Below the pieces are notes generated by a model. That model made no database searches, was not told the DNA's origin, and saw only the letters and a list, made by a program, of their open reading frames with translations. A program made the translations under genes and the position numbers. A stretch of DNA of 62,724 bases, filler included, from Chiloscyllium plagiosum (lineage: Eukaryota): assembly GCF_004010195.1 (NCBI RefSeq). It is 5 parts of one record of this genome, joined end to end, with 100 filler letters (N's around TTAATTAATTAA, not from the genome) between each part and the next. Parts side by side here need not be neighbours in the genome. Positions count along the whole stretch, not along the records: positions 1 to 18,408 come from NC_057712.1; 4 more parts are not named here. One strand, written 5' to 3'. Shown here piece after piece: positions 1 to 12,890 of this stretch. Positions within the stretch are counted from its first letter, which is position 1. Every line of letters starts with the position of its first letter.

Positions 1-175
1 CCTATCACCCTCACCTTAACCTCCTTCCACCTATTGCATTTCCAACTTCCCTCCCCCAAGTCCCTCCTCCCTACCTTTTATCTTAGCCTGCTGGACACAC
101 TTTCCTCATTCCTGAAGAAGGGCTCATGCCTGAAATGTCGATTCTCCTGCTCCTTGGATGCTGCCTGACCTGCTG
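1..175 (+). mobile_element. Penelope-like element (PLE) terminal-repeat fragment with decayed hammerhead motif
   Basis: Reverse-complement match to the PLE copy at 47008-47370. Contains CTGAAGAAGGGCTCATGCCTGAAATGTC, a CpG-decayed version of the hammerhead core. Confidence 0.75.
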
Positions 176-199
176 TTTTCAGTTAAGAACCAGCAGACA

Positions 200-480
200 A
201 TGATTCACGGGAATTGGCAAGCAAGCTTTCAGCAACATGAGAAAAGTGTGTTCTATGCGGCAAATAGTTAAGATCTGGAAAGCATTGCTGTCAAGGCCAG
301 TAGTCGCAATATCAATTGATGCATTTGAAAAGGAATTGAATAAGCACCTGAAGAGAGAAAAAAATGCAGGGTTTTGGGAAATGAGCTGGGAGTGGGATGA
401 GTTATCTGCCCTTACATAGCTGCACTGACACAATGTGCTATTTGGAAGCTTTATGTGGTAGGAACAATTCTATGATTACA
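200..480 (+). mobile_element. Decayed CR1-type LINE 3' end
   Basis: Translates to RQIVKIWKAL..VVAISIDAFEKELNKHL, resembling the CR1 ORF2 C-terminus (QRVV.VWNELP.EVVEA.TI.TFKRHLD) of other copies here. Confidence 0.6.
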
Positions 481-1054
481 CAATCTGACATTATAAAATG
501 GCTTATCAACTTGCAACAGAGAGGAACAACATGTCTGCACAATATCTCTGCAGCATATAAATTAAAACCTCTCTGTTTTTACTAGTTTACTACTCAATTA
601 AATTGGGTACTTATGTAGTTTAAAGCAAGCCCATACACCACTGTATATTTAGTGTAACTATATATCTACCATATATATCCAGCTGCATTCAAGAAATGTT
701 TGGAGCTGTACTCGCCTTTGTGACTCCTGTGTCTAGCTAACTATATTAACAAAGGATTCTACAAATTGGATTTCACTGAATGTATAATATTTCTGTATGT
801 GTTTGCTGTAACGAATAAACATCATTGTGTGCTATGCAGGTATTTACGTATGGGGAAGGCACCACAAGGAAGTTCTGAACCTTAACTCATTTTTGCCAAA
901 TTTCCAAAACTATTCTAATTCATTGGGCGAAATATTATTGGGTCAGAATAATATGGGCCATACTGGAATTAGTGGCAGAATTATCTGAACAACCCCATGA
1001 GGCTGATCACAGATCACCTGGAGCTTAATCAAATGGAACCCAATTCATTCACAC

Positions 1055-1388
1055 AATGTGGATGTCACTGGCTAAACCAGTACGTATTTCCCTCCCTAAT
1101 TGTACCAGAGGGTAGTTAAGAGTCAATCACCTTGCTATGGGTCTGGAATCACATGTAGACCAGACCAGGTGAGGATGACCGTTTACTTCTCTAAAGGACA
1201 TTTGTGAACCAGATAGGGTTTTTCCACGAATTGACAACGGTTTCATGGTTACCATTGGAGTTTTAATTCCAGATTTTTATTGAATTTCATTTCCACCATC
1301 TGCCATGGACTTGAAATGGTCCCCAGAACATTAACTGGGTCTTTGGATTAATATTTCAGCGATAATATCACCAGGCAATTGCAACCTC
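1055..1388 (-). mobile_element. tRNA-derived SacSINE1/DeuSINE-like SINE
   Basis: Recognised shark SINE body. Partial or decayed relatives at ~34355-34470, ~42095-42300 and ~46670-46930. Confidence 0.65.
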
Positions 1389-1389
1389 T

Positions 1390-1800
1390 TCCTATTGCTG
1401 AATTTCGCAGTGTTGTGACACAGCCCTCTCATTGCCACCTGGGTACAGACATTGGCACCCTGTACCTGGAGGATGCCAGCCTTGTTCCACTTCCCGGGCA
1501 GCAGCACTGACCCCAAAATTGGGAACAAAAATAAACCTATGCAGTCTTACCCTGATGGCATCAGTCACTGTGCTGATGTAGTTGTGAGAGCATGACTAAG
1601 AGATCCCACACAGGTCTTCCATTGCTCCCTGGAAGGAGCCAGTCCTATAGACATTCAGAGTGGCTGACACCTTCCCAGCCACCAGGAGAGGATGACCTCC
1701 CATTCCTGCAGCCCTCAGATCCCACTCCAGTAACAGGCATAACTGCATGACAGTGCCCCAGGATAGACAGACCCTAGCATTGTCACCGTGTCATCCCTAG
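1390..1800 (-). mobile_element. Decayed PIF/Harbinger transposase (HARBI1-like) remnant
   Basis: Minus-strand translation gives GGHPLLVAGKVSATLNVYRTGSFQGAMEDLCGIS* and AGILQVQGANVCTQVAMRG...FSNRK. These match Harbinger motifs (LNF.A.GSFQ...DLCGISQ; GAIDCTHV; NRKG). Stops and frameshifts present. Confidence 0.8.
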
Positions 1801-2014
1801 GAAATGGAATTGGGGGTAGAAATCTCTAAGCCCCCTGCAGACCCCAGGCATCCTGAGGGTCCCTGTGGTAGTGACCTCTCTCTGAGCTGCATGCTATCCA
1901 TCCTTGTTTGGAGGCCTGCTCCTGCCTTCTGACATTGTTTTGGTCGGTGGGCCCCAGTACCCAGGCAGGCAGCCACAGTGACCAGCATCCCACCAGCAGC
2001 AGGACCCCAGACTC

Positions 2015-2840
2015 TCATAGAGTCATAGAGGTGTACAGCATGGAAACAGACCCTTGAGTCCAACCCGTCCATGCCGACCAGATATCCCAACCCAATCTAG
2101 TCACATCTGCCAGCACCCAGAACATATCCCTCCAAACCCTTCCTATTCATATACCCATCCATATGCCTCTTAAATGTTGCAATTGTATCAGCCTCCACCA
2201 CTTCCTGTGGCAGCTCATTCCATACCCATGCCACCCTTTGTGTGAAAAAGTTGCCCCTCGGTTCTCTTTTATATCTTTCCCCTCTCACCCTAAACCTATG
2301 CCCTCTAGTTCTGGACTCCCCAACCCCAGGGAAAAGACTTTGCCTCTTTTACCTATCCATGCCCCTCATAATTTTGTCAACTTCTATAAGGTCACCCCTC
2401 AGCCTCCGACGCACCAGGGAAAACAGCCCCAGCCTGTTCAGCCTCTCCCTATAGCTCAAATCCTCCAACCCTGGCAACATCCTTGTAAATCTTTTCTGAA
2501 CCCTTTCAAGTTTCACGNNNNNNNNNNNNNNNNNNNNNNNNNNNNNNNNNNNNNNNNNNNNNNNNNNNNNNNNNNNNNNNNNCATTTATCTGAATTAAAC
2601 TCCATCTGCCACTTCTCAGCCCATTGGCCCATCTGGTCCAGATCCTGTTGTAATCTGAGGTAACCCTCTTCGCTGTCCACTACACCTCCAATTTTGGTGT
2701 CATCTGCAAACTTACTGACTGTACCTCTTATGCTCGCATCCAAATCATTTATGTAAATGACAAAATGTAGAGGACCCAGCACCGATCCTTGTGGCACTCC
2801 ACTGGTCACAGGCCTCCAGTCTGAAAAAACAACCCTCCAT
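2015..2840 (-). mobile_element. CR1 (HER1-like) LINE 3' fragment with RT motifs
   Basis: ORF pieces [22 protein letters not shown]...KFADDTK, LERVQKRFTRMLPGL and FFTQRVAWVWNELP; (CTATGACT)n-type tail; internal deletion and N gap. Confidence 0.93.
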
Positions 2841-2999
2841 GATACACATTGGGAACACAATAACTCTCAGAGCAATCATCAGTGACATAACCTACAGATG
2901 AGGGCTGAGCACACATAGAGTCCTCCAGCACGGAGACAGGCCCTTTGGTCCAAACTGGTCCATGCCGACCAAAATGTCCACCCACACTAACCCTATTTC

Positions 3000-4220
3000 C
3001 TTAAAGTTGTGTATTTGTGGGAGCACGACTGAGCGATTCCACACACTGAGATCCCACACAAAGAATCCCACACTTTTCCAAATAGTGTGCCATGTTGCAC
3101 CCTGATAAGAGGGATTTGTCTTCCATTGTCCATCCACATTCAGACCATTGTGTCGTTTGCTCTGGGATCTTTGTCACCACCAGCCAAACTACACCTTGGT
3201 GCTTGTTTGAATGTTTTTGTAATCCTGCTAAATGACTTTGACAGTCTATCTAAGTGGTTCTACCATCTCCTTTTCTCTCAAGGCCTTGAGGATGCTTTGG
3301 GGTGAACATTGCCTGATGGACTTGTGGTCAAAGATATTTTTATGCATAAACATCTTCATGAGGGGCTGGTGTTACAGCATCTGACAGCAATGTGCTAGAA
3401 CACTGGGGAGAGGCAGGAGCTCAGCACATAGTGACATTTAGTGTTTGCATCCTGAAAGTCCACACATAGCTACCTTTGTGTGGAGTTTTATCAAGCTGTC
3501 AGCACAAGGGTGATGTTGGAAATGGTTTTGTCCCCCTTTATCTATACGTTTGTACGCTGTGCCCGCTGCAGATGTGGTTCACTTTCAACTTGCAGATAAA
3601 TGGAAGATCAGCTGATCACCAGAAATGAGGAATAGGTCAGACCTGCACCACCTACACAAACACCTGGAGCACCCTGCCACCGCATGACCACATTCTTCTT
3701 CACAATGGAGAGGGTGCATCACTTCAACACGCTCAGCCTTTATTGGACCAAGTCCCGCCAGATTTTACCTCATACCTTAGCCACTCCGAACCCAGTACCT
3801 TCAGATGAACCTAGGGAGACCTGTTGTCCCAGTTCCCAAAGAATCAGATCTGAGTATTGCTTCACTTTAACTTTGTTCCTCAGGCCAGGCCGATGTGGTG
3901 ACAGATTGAATCAGGCTGTACACTGACAATGGAGCTGAACTGTAAATGGTGATGTTGTCCATGCAGACGGAGACTTTGACCTGAGTGTCTCCACTACCTT
4001 GGGATCTTCAACCCTTTCATCCTCACATCCTTCCTGATGGACTCAGCAAAAGGTTGTATACGACACACAAACAGGACAGGGCAGAGAGGGTTAACTCCAG
4101 ACTTGATTGTAAAACATTTTGTTTGTCTATTGATTGAAGCTGTGTTACTGATGTGGAATGTGTCCACCCATTGTCTCACCCATAGGTAATCGTATTGAGA
4201 ATGACACCATCTTCTCAATT
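3000..4220 (-). mobile_element. Decayed Tx1/L1-clade LINE ORF2 remnant
   Basis: FTIKSGV--NPLCPVLFVCRIQPFAESIRKD matches the Tx1 RT segment SGVRQGCPLSPxLFV..IEPF...IR. It is followed by a decayed Y/MDD region. Confidence 0.7.
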
Positions 4221-4662
4221 CTGGCTGAGTTAAGTTCTGGGCAGGAAGACATGAGTTTTACCTTGTCGCCTCACTACCCATAAAGTCAGACCAATTATTC
4301 GTTCAAATCCCTTTAAGTTGTTAACAGAATTGATTTAACAGTATGGTGTCTTGCTTATTGGATGAATGTTTCGAAGTATAGTTGGAGCCCTTTACTGGAA
4401 GAGTTATTTGGAAGTTTTTGCTTTATAATTTCTGTTCAGTTCACTTGGTATTCTACAGAGTCTTGAAGCCATCTAAGGAATCATGGTTATGCAGAAACAT
4501 ATTGTGAGATTTTACAGGAGCCAGAATTTCTTACTGAGAGCTGCCAAGAACCTTAATCCTATAAACAATTCTCACATCGTTATTAAAAGCTGAAATTGAA
4601 CAGTGTAATGTAATATTTATGTGTCTGGAACGATCATGCTTAATTCTGTACAAACACTTGCA

Positions 4663-4953
4663 ACTCAGGTTCGATTCCACCCTTGGGTGACTCTCTGTGT
4701 GGAGTTTGCACATTCTCCCTGTGTCTGGGTGCATCCGGTTTCCTCCCATGACCTAAAGGTGTGCAGGTCAGGTGAATTGGTCAAGTCAAATTGCCCATAG
4801 TGTTCAGTGATGTCAAGGTTAGGTGCATTAGTCAGGGGCAAATGTAGAGTAATGAGAGAGGGGAATGGGCCTGGGTGGGTTACTCTTCAGAGGGTCAGTG
4901 TGGACTTGTTGGGCCGAAGGGCATGTTTCCACACTGTCGGGCTTCTATGATTC
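4663..4953 (+). mobile_element. HE1-type V-SINE, 5'-truncated
   Basis: B-box GGTTCGATTCC, V-domain GTGTGGAGTTTGCACATTCTCCCTGTGTCTG, CR1-like 3' tail. Confidence 0.85.
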
Positions 4954-5185
4954 TGAAATGCATCAGAGACTGGACTTTACACAGCCTGTGCTGGATGTGT
5001 TTACAGTGGAAGGGGGTGGGGGTAATGTATGCTTTTTCAGGTTGCTAACCTGCAGTCCTCCCTATAGAGTAGTGGTGGCCTAGAAGAAAATCCAGTACAA
5101 TCTGTGAATGATGCACACTGGTCTGACTTATTTGGAATATTCAAATTGAGGCTCCTGTGCAAACTAGTACTTTCATTTCCAAATA

Positions 5186-5407
5186 CAGTAGATGTTTCCC
5201 CCCGCCCCCAATACATTCCAAGACCTACCGCGGAAGTCCGAAACCGTGGATAGGAGTGAACCTCGTTCATTTCAATGGGAAATTTACCTTCCCGGCAGCC
5301 CCATAGTCCCTGGTTCCAGAAGGTTCCCGATAATATGTTTGGGCCGTGGTAAATTGCAGGTAACTGAAACTGTGGAAAATGATTCCACGGATACGAGGGG
5401 CGCCCTG
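5186..5407. mobile_element. Tc1/mariner (Tigger-like) MITE
   Basis: TA|CAG...CTG|TA ends, about 220 bp; second related copy at 50665-50887. Confidence 0.75.
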
Positions 5408-6994
5408 TATGAATTCATTTGTTGTGGCTCCTCCCTCAGGGAGGTGAAGAGGTGTGGTTGGGGAGTGAACGGGCCCAGTGGTCTATTGAGTACCTTAAGC
5501 GGCCAGTTATTACTGAATCAAGGCCTACAATTCATTTCCGCTGCCAAAGTAGGCTGGGCAAGTGGGCATGGGTAAGAAGGCAGTTTTTTAACATGTTTGA
5601 AGGATAGACATGAATAGACATGTTTTAAGAGGGAACCTTAACACTCCAGTGGCACTTCCAGGATGATGCCCTCTTCTGTACCTTGGTATGTGGCCTTTAG
5701 AAATAGCCATTTCCCATCCCTGTGGCCACTCTCCCAGGATGCCTGATTCCTCCCCCCGCCTAAATGTACAGGAATTACTGAGGTCCAATGATCATCTGCA
5801 AACTTCATAGCAGTGCACAGTGCACAGTTCCAATAGTGTCCACTACTGAATAGCTCTAGAATGCAGGGCTTCTTCCAGCTAAGGAGCTTGTTTTGACCAT
5901 CAGTAGCATGTTATTCTTATATGGGTGGATCAATTTGGAACCAAATGTTATTCCAGGGGAATGAACAGTACTCCGTTTGTCAAATCCAGCCCCAGATATT
6001 TTGAGATTGTTGGCATGTAAGAATATTCACTTTTATGAAGCAAACACTTCCATTCTCTGCTGAAGAAGTTAATTAACTGTTCATTTGCTGATTCATGAGC
6101 ATCAGGCAGCCCCGTATAGTGATTGCCACCAAGTTATTTAATCGTGGAAGGTTTCATAATCAAACTAACTATACACACACATATACAGCTCCACTCGAGG
6201 GTCACTGAATATTAACTGGGAGTGGAGATTTTTCACGTAGGGTTTTCATCCTATGGCAGAGTTGTTGAGGCCAAAACCTTTACCTGAAGCTAATAACTTT
6301 ACCCACAGGATGAGTATGGTTCAGTCATCCAGTGGCTAAATGCTCTGGAGCTATGAGACTAGTAATATTTAAAAGTACATCTTGGATTTCAAAGTTTAGC
6401 TTGATCTAAAACTTGCTTTGTACAAAAAGGATAAACAAAAATATTTGCCACATATTGTTATTCGATCAGGATGCAAAAATGGACCAAAAAGCTGCTGCTG
6501 CTATAATGGAATTGAACTGTGACTGACCCTACAGCCATCACCATTATACTGCTTGTGAGTGAGTGAGTCTGTAATTAATGACAACAGCAGGAGATAAATC
6601 CCTACAATGATTCTCCAGAGGCTGCAGACCTACAGCAAAGCCATCCACTAAGATAGGACATAATCTTCCATAAAACACTTCATCCTTTTTTTAAGCTTCA
6701 AAGATTACAAATTTGGATTTTAAATGTGCTATAAATTCATATCCTGATTCAATTTACGTGACATTTTTCTCAAGCACTTGGTTTCTGTTGTTAGTTTACC
6801 TACCAAAATACTCACTAACCCAGTTTTTCATAGACATGGACGAATATTAGGAGAAATTAGTTCTTCCCTAATGAACTGACCATTATACACCAGGGCTCAT
6901 CGTAATCGTTTCTGCAGAATTACAGCAATTTTGCAACATTGTTGGTTAAAGGTAAAAAGCTGTTAATTATCAGATGTGTAACTTAATTGCTGCT

Positions 6995-7095
6995 TCATGA
7001 TTTGGAGATGCCGGTGTTGGATTGAGGTGTACAAAGTTAAAAATCACACAACACCAGGTTATAGTCCAAAGGTTTAATTGGAAGCACACTAGCTG
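6995..7095 (-). mobile_element. Short PLE-derived repeat fragment
   Basis: CATGATTTGGAGATGCCGGTGTTGG...CACAACACCAGGTTATAGTCC is recognised from memory as a common shark PLE-type repeat; not verified here. Confidence 0.5.
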
Positions 7096-7837
7096 TGAGC
7101 TACAATCAGCCTTCACCAGAAATGCAATCCTCTGTTAATTTCATGATGATTCTGCAGCTCAGACACAGACTTTGGAAATCAGCCTTCCTGATGGACATAC
7201 CCAGTGGGGTAACAATATCGGCATTTTGCAAAGTAGATCTATATTTCATCACTTCTCATGCAAATATCAGTTGACTAGTGCAAGCGTATGATCATAAAAC
7301 CTGAGGGAGCTATATCTATAAGTCATATAAAAACTGTAACAGAATGATAAATCTGCCTGTTTCTGATTCATCCCCAGTTCCATATTATGGGGAGCAAGTA
7401 TTTATATTGTTCACGAAACAATATCCTTCCCTAGAGAGCCCTGTACAAATATGCAATATTCATTAGTGACAACGTCTGTGCTTCAGAAGCTTTTGCTAAC
7501 AATAGTCCTTTTAAAAATGCAGCAGGCACAGTAACCAGAACTGTAATACAGTTGTTAGGGTTATAATAATGTGGAGGCTGTGTATTACTAATATAATGCC
7601 CCAAAGTAGCTATCACTTCCTAATTGAGCTTTGATTAGATCTTCTTGCTCCATATATGTTTAATTGAAAGTCCAATTCAGCTATGCCAGCTAAATCATTG
7701 AGCTGATAACTGAAGGTCATTTGAAGGTAGCTAATCTCAGATAGAACAGTGGTAAGTGTGCTACAATCACTTTCAGGTTTCCTGGGCTTGAGGTAGGAAA
7801 ATCAGTTTGGGCCTGCTTTCTATCACTATCCAGAAAA

Positions 7838-7945
7838 CCAGTCTGAGGAAGGGTCACTGGATCAGAGACACTGACTCTGCTTTCTCTCCACAGATGCTGC
7901 CAGACCTGTTGAGTTTCTCCAGCAATATCTGTTGTTGTTTCAGAA
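7838..7945 (+). mobile_element. PLE terminal fragment with decayed hammerhead motif
   Basis: CTGAGGAAGGGTCACTGGATC... followed by CAGATGCTGCCAGACCTGTTGAGTTTCTCCAGCA, similar to the 34.9/36 kb and 52.2 kb copies. Confidence 0.65.
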
Positions 7946-9100
7946 AACCTCGCTGGATGTATATGTTAGAAAAGAACACAGTTTGGCTAGGCTTTCATAC
8001 ACTCCTAAAGCCGATCGTCAAAGCTCAAGGTTGAAACAGTCGTAGCTTGAATGAATGAATGATCACGTACCTTACAACAGGAAGAACCAATGAAAGGCTT
8101 TTCCAAATTTGCCACAGTCTGGCACCATTTTGAATAATTTAAGAATAAACAAAAAAAGGATAGAAAGAAAAAGTTTAAAGAGAGTCCAACAGTCCTGAGG
8201 CAGGTCATCACCATCAATGATGCCTGCACCACCATCCCTCTTCCACTGCCATCTACACTGGACCCAACTAACATTGAAATCCTCTGATCCTCAGACACCA
8301 TTGCCTCCACCATCATCTCACTGTCCCCTGCGCTGGACTGACCAACATCTGTGGGTTAAATTTAGGAAGGAGTCAGCACCTTCAGGAGATGAACATGTAA
8401 GAATGGAACAGTGAAAAACAGTGAAGTATGATGAGGACAATTGGTAGAGTTTCATTGATAGATTGATTCATCATCTGAAGAAATAGCACAGTTTGAAAAA
8501 AAAAGATTCAGGATATTCCAAAACATTTTGTAATTTTCCTGTATGGGTAAAAAGAACTTGTGTTGTGCAACACCAATGTGAAGGATTATGTATATTCACC
8601 AATGTATTCCGTGGGCTATACTGAGATAGATAAAGGTACACAGCATTTTTATTTTCATTGCATTTATCCTGTGCTGGTTTAGTGAAAGATTATTCTACTT
8701 GAAAAAATATACCTGAATAGTTTTCCTGAATGCTATCATATGATTTTCATCGCTTGAACTACAAGTTTTGCTTTTACAAGACACACACATTGGTATTCCT
8801 CTGCATAGAAAAAAGAAACATAATTAATGTCTAGCTGCTAACATAGAGCAACATATGAATCCAAACAAGTCATTCCCAATGTATTGCAACATAGAAATAT
8901 GAATAGGCCATTCAGCTCCTCAAGAAGGTTCATCCATTCAATTAAATCATGTATCTGCATCTTAGCTTTATCTAATTTATAAATACTTCATTCCCTTACA
9001 GAACAAATATTCATCAACAATAGTTTTGAAATCCTCAGTTGGTCTAGTCCCAAAATCTTTTCAAGATAGTTGATAGGATGTACAAAAAAATAGATAAATA

Positions 9101-9274
9101 CAGAGGTACCTTGATGATCTGGCCTTCAATTAACCGAATATCGGATTACCTGAACAAGATTGCAGCATCTCCATGCTTAGCTAACTATGTTATCCGGCAT
9201 TCAATTATCCGGCATTCGATTAACTGAACAAAATACTCCTCAGCCATGTCCTTTGGATAATCGAGGTTCCTCTG
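9101..9274. mobile_element. Tigger-like MITE
   Basis: Imperfect TIRs CAGAGGTACCTTGAT / ATCGAGGTTCCTCTG, flanked by TA on both sides. Confidence 0.75.
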
Positions 9275-9424
9275 TAATGCTTTTAAAAGAAGTCACAACT
9301 TTGTAGACATGAATCTGCAAATATTACAACAGCATATCATTACAAAACAGTAATGTTTAGTGTAATCCAAAGCTCCTACAACTGACATCAGTGTCCAGAG
9401 TAAGGGATTCCTATTTGTATGAAT

Positions 9425-9950
9425 GAACAAAGAAGAAAGAACAAAGAAAATGTACAGCCCAGGAACAGGCCCTTCAGCCCTCCAAGCCTGAGCTGATCCA
9501 AATCCACTATCTAAACCCATCGCCCAATTCCTAAGTATCTGTATCCCTCTGCTCCCCACCTACTCATGCATTTGTCCAGACGCACCTTAAATGAATCTAC
9601 TGTGCCTGCCCTAAAACCTCAGCTGGCAATATGTTTCAGGCGCCTACCACCCTCTGTATAAAATACTTTCCACATATATCCCCCTCTATTCGAAATGGGT
9701 TTTGAACTTTTGCATTCTCGTCCACAGGTATGGACATTTCCCTCTGCACTGATGCACTCTGAATCTGCTTCCCATTTAAATAATAATTTACCCTTTGATT
9801 TTTCCAGCTAAAATGGACAACATCACATTTATCTACATTGAACTCCGTCTGCCAGAATCTGGTGCATTCTCCTAGCCTATCAATATCCATCTGTAAACTC
9901 TTTACCTCCTCATCACTGCCTTCTTTCCAACTAATTTTTAGTGTCATCCA
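9425..9950 (-). mobile_element. CR1 LINE fragments (3' end plus RT C-terminal piece)
   Basis: LQMDIDRLGECTRFWQTEFNVDKCDVVHF is a CR1 motif. The 3' end is shared with the copies at 19530 and 24305. Confidence 0.85.
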
Positions 9951-10330
9951 TGAACATACAGGAGCACGTCTGGGTTGAGGATTGTGAGATGCCACACAGC
10001 AATCCAAGTGCTCCTCAAAATGAGTCATTGGCATAATAATTCAGGAATGTTGTAACCTGGATGACCACCCAATCCATTTGAAAGCATATTCCGCTCCAGC
10101 AGATGACACAGTTTGGTGATGACATTGGCGTATTTCAAACACTTGAAGAAAATGACAGCGAGGCCTATGGATACAGGCTTGCATCATTCTGCTGCAGCTC
10201 TTTGGTGGATCTTCACCTGCAATTTCTCCTTCTTGAGGCTGTGTGGGAGCCACTGGAGGTTTCAGTCCTTTCTGCGTCTTCTTTCGATGTTGCAAGAAAT
10301 CTCTTACGCACTTCTTCAGATTTGAAACAA
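9950..10330 (-). mobile_element. Decayed Harbinger transposase N-terminal remnant
   Basis: Minus-strand translation NVITKLCHLLERNMLSNGLGGHP / VTTFLNYYANDSF*GALGLLCGISQSS parallels the 1.6 kb and 17.6 kb remnants. Confidence 0.7.
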
Positions 10331-10859
10331 CTCCACAAGGACTCTATCCATGGCGATGTCCATTAGAGATCCAGATAATCTGCAAGGAAGGTCAGAAAGA
10401 GAACACTTTATTGAAGGAGCTCCTGAGCCCTCAACTCCATAACAATGAAGACACATGTCATATCCTCACACAGTGCTACCAAGAAGGTTCTTGTCATGTT
10501 TACATGAAGAGTTCAGAGGAATGCCACCTTATCCAAACTTACATTGCAAACCAAAGTTTTCATGTTCCATTAGGTGAGTAGAATTCTGTCAATAGGCCAA
10601 TATACTAGCCCTCTTCAACATACACCCCATCCCCACCAAAGAAATGGCACCATTGCACATCACAGACCCTGTGTCCTTGCACTTTCTCAGTTCAGTGCAT
10701 GAATGTGACACATTCGAAGCACAATCTTCTGACCCTGGCTATGGGATGTGTTTCTGATATAAGAAGTTCAGCTGATGCTTATAACTAAGTCTGACTGACA
10801 AGGAATTCACTCTTCTCACCCTAATGTTTGCAGACACCATCAGCTCTTCATTTCATCAA

Positions 10860-11145
10860 CAGGTTTGAGGAGGCTGGATGGCTGGTTTGCAATACAGTGT
10901 AGCACAACTCAGAGAGTTGTGAACCCGTGGAATTCTTTCCTACAGGAGGTTGTTGGGGCCAGTTTGTTAGATATATTCAAGAGGGAGCTGGACATGGCTG
11001 TTGTGGCTAAAGAGATCAAGGGGTATGGAGGGAAAGTGGGAATGGGATACAGAGATTACATGATCTGTCATGATCATTGAATGGTGGGGCAGGCTTGAAG
11101 GGACGAATGGCCTACTTCTGCATCTATTTTCTATTTTTCTATGTT
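10860..11145 (+). mobile_element. CR1 LINE 3' end
   Basis: TQRVVNPWNSFLQEVVGASLLDIFKRELD plus a (TTCTATG)-like tail. Confidence 0.85.
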
Positions 11146-12611
11146 TCCAAAAATTAAAAAAAGGTTTCTCAGGGTCAGAAAGGCTGTTCAGAAGTGATTA
11201 TGTCTTAGGATGTTATTAAAATATATAACTAGACCTCATTCAAAATCACAGGAATTTGGGAAGTGTTTTTACAAGTGAAAGTTCACATATCAGTTCAGAG
11301 ATTTCTAAGAATCAATAGGAGGGCTTCAATAGGATACTCTGTGATGGATTGGATGAATCACCAACAGAAAATTCAAGCTTTCCATGTTTGACTGTAGCCA
11401 CCGGAGTTTGCTGTCAGTTTGGTAAAGTAACGAGAGGGCACACTGACAGTTTTATTACCAGATTACAGCAAAATCTGGCCCAGTGTACAAAGATAAAATG
11501 CTTAGCTGTTGATGATGCTCAGTAATTATGTAAAGAGAACATAAATGGAATAATGAACTCTTTCCATGCTGTCATTCCAGGAACATTATAGAATAACTTC
11601 AATGCAATGTTCAAATGTATTGTTTTCCTAAGAATATTTGGGACATTTACAAAACTGCTGGGCATAGGGTATTTCCAACAGTATTATTGTCTTTTCAACG
11701 CCAGTTGCAGTACTTCCAGCACATAATTAATAAGTTACCAGTGATGGTCAGTGGTCATGTCATTCGCGCTAATTTCTGACCTTTATTCCTGTTTTTAAAT
11801 GTATTAAGTGGTTCAAGAGTTGTTTGAGAGGTTAATTGATTCAAATATTCCAGAAATGTCTTTGTTTTGCTTATCATGGCCGTCTTTATTTGAAACAGAT
11901 GTAAACCTGAATTTCAAAGCCTAATGTAATTCTATGCATTTTAAGCATTTTGATAGTTTGCTTGGTCGAGTAGTACAAGAAACAACTTTCTGAAAACAGC
12001 AGTGTAATGTAATTCAAAATGCGAGTATGCTGATTTGATTCATTATATAAACGCTTTGACAATTAAGAAATACTTTATTTTCAAACGACAAACCCAAATC
12101 TTAAAATAATTATTTCTCTTTGTGGAATGATTTCTAGAAATCTTAGACTATTTTCATGGAAAGCTTTGCAATTGCTAAACTGACATTTCATTTAATGTGT
12201 AGTTTGTGCATTTATATTCATTTCCCTTATCAGCTTAAGGAGTGCTGGTGCTGGGAAATGGGACATGTTTTCAATTTACATACCCATGATAGCATCAAGC
12301 AATCTTGGAGTCAGGCTTGGAATGAGTAAGTAAGTTGCAAAACTCCCTCCAGTTTGAACCAACAAAATATCTCATCACAGAAGCTGATTTCAGCAATGCA
12401 ATTTAAAAAAAATTCTATAACTTCTGTGAGAATGTTAAATTATTGTGTCTCTTATTGTGACATTACAACCAGCAAAAGGCCATGTTGACAGCAGTGATGT
12501 AAAAAACTATGGGGCCGAGGAACTCTGCAATTGTGAAGGTGAATAAATAATGCTAAATAACTCAGCAGGCTGTCACTAATTGGTAGCATTATGAAATATT
12601 TATTCATAAAT

Positions 12612-12890
12612 ACTGTGGCTACAAGAGCAGGTCAGAGGCTAGGAATCCTTTGCTGAGTAATTCACCTCCTGACTCCTTAAAGCCTGCTATCCAGGCAGCA
12701 GACACATACCATTCCTTCAGTGTCAACTGTGTCAAAATCCTGCAAACCCCTCCCTAACAAACATTTTTGACACACTGACACCAATTGGACAGCGATTCAA
12801 TCCGAGCTGCTCACCTTCGCCCGGGCAATTAGTGATACACAATGAATGCTGGCCCAGCTACTTAAGCTCTCAAAATCATGAATAAATGAA
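12612..12890 (+). mobile_element. Decayed LINE (CR1/L2-type) 3' end sharing its tail with SacSINE-like SINEs
   Basis: Ends GGGCAATTAGTGATACACAATGAATGCTGGCCCAGC, similar to the tail of the SINE at 1055-1388; related fragment at ~20575-20740. Confidence 0.55.
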
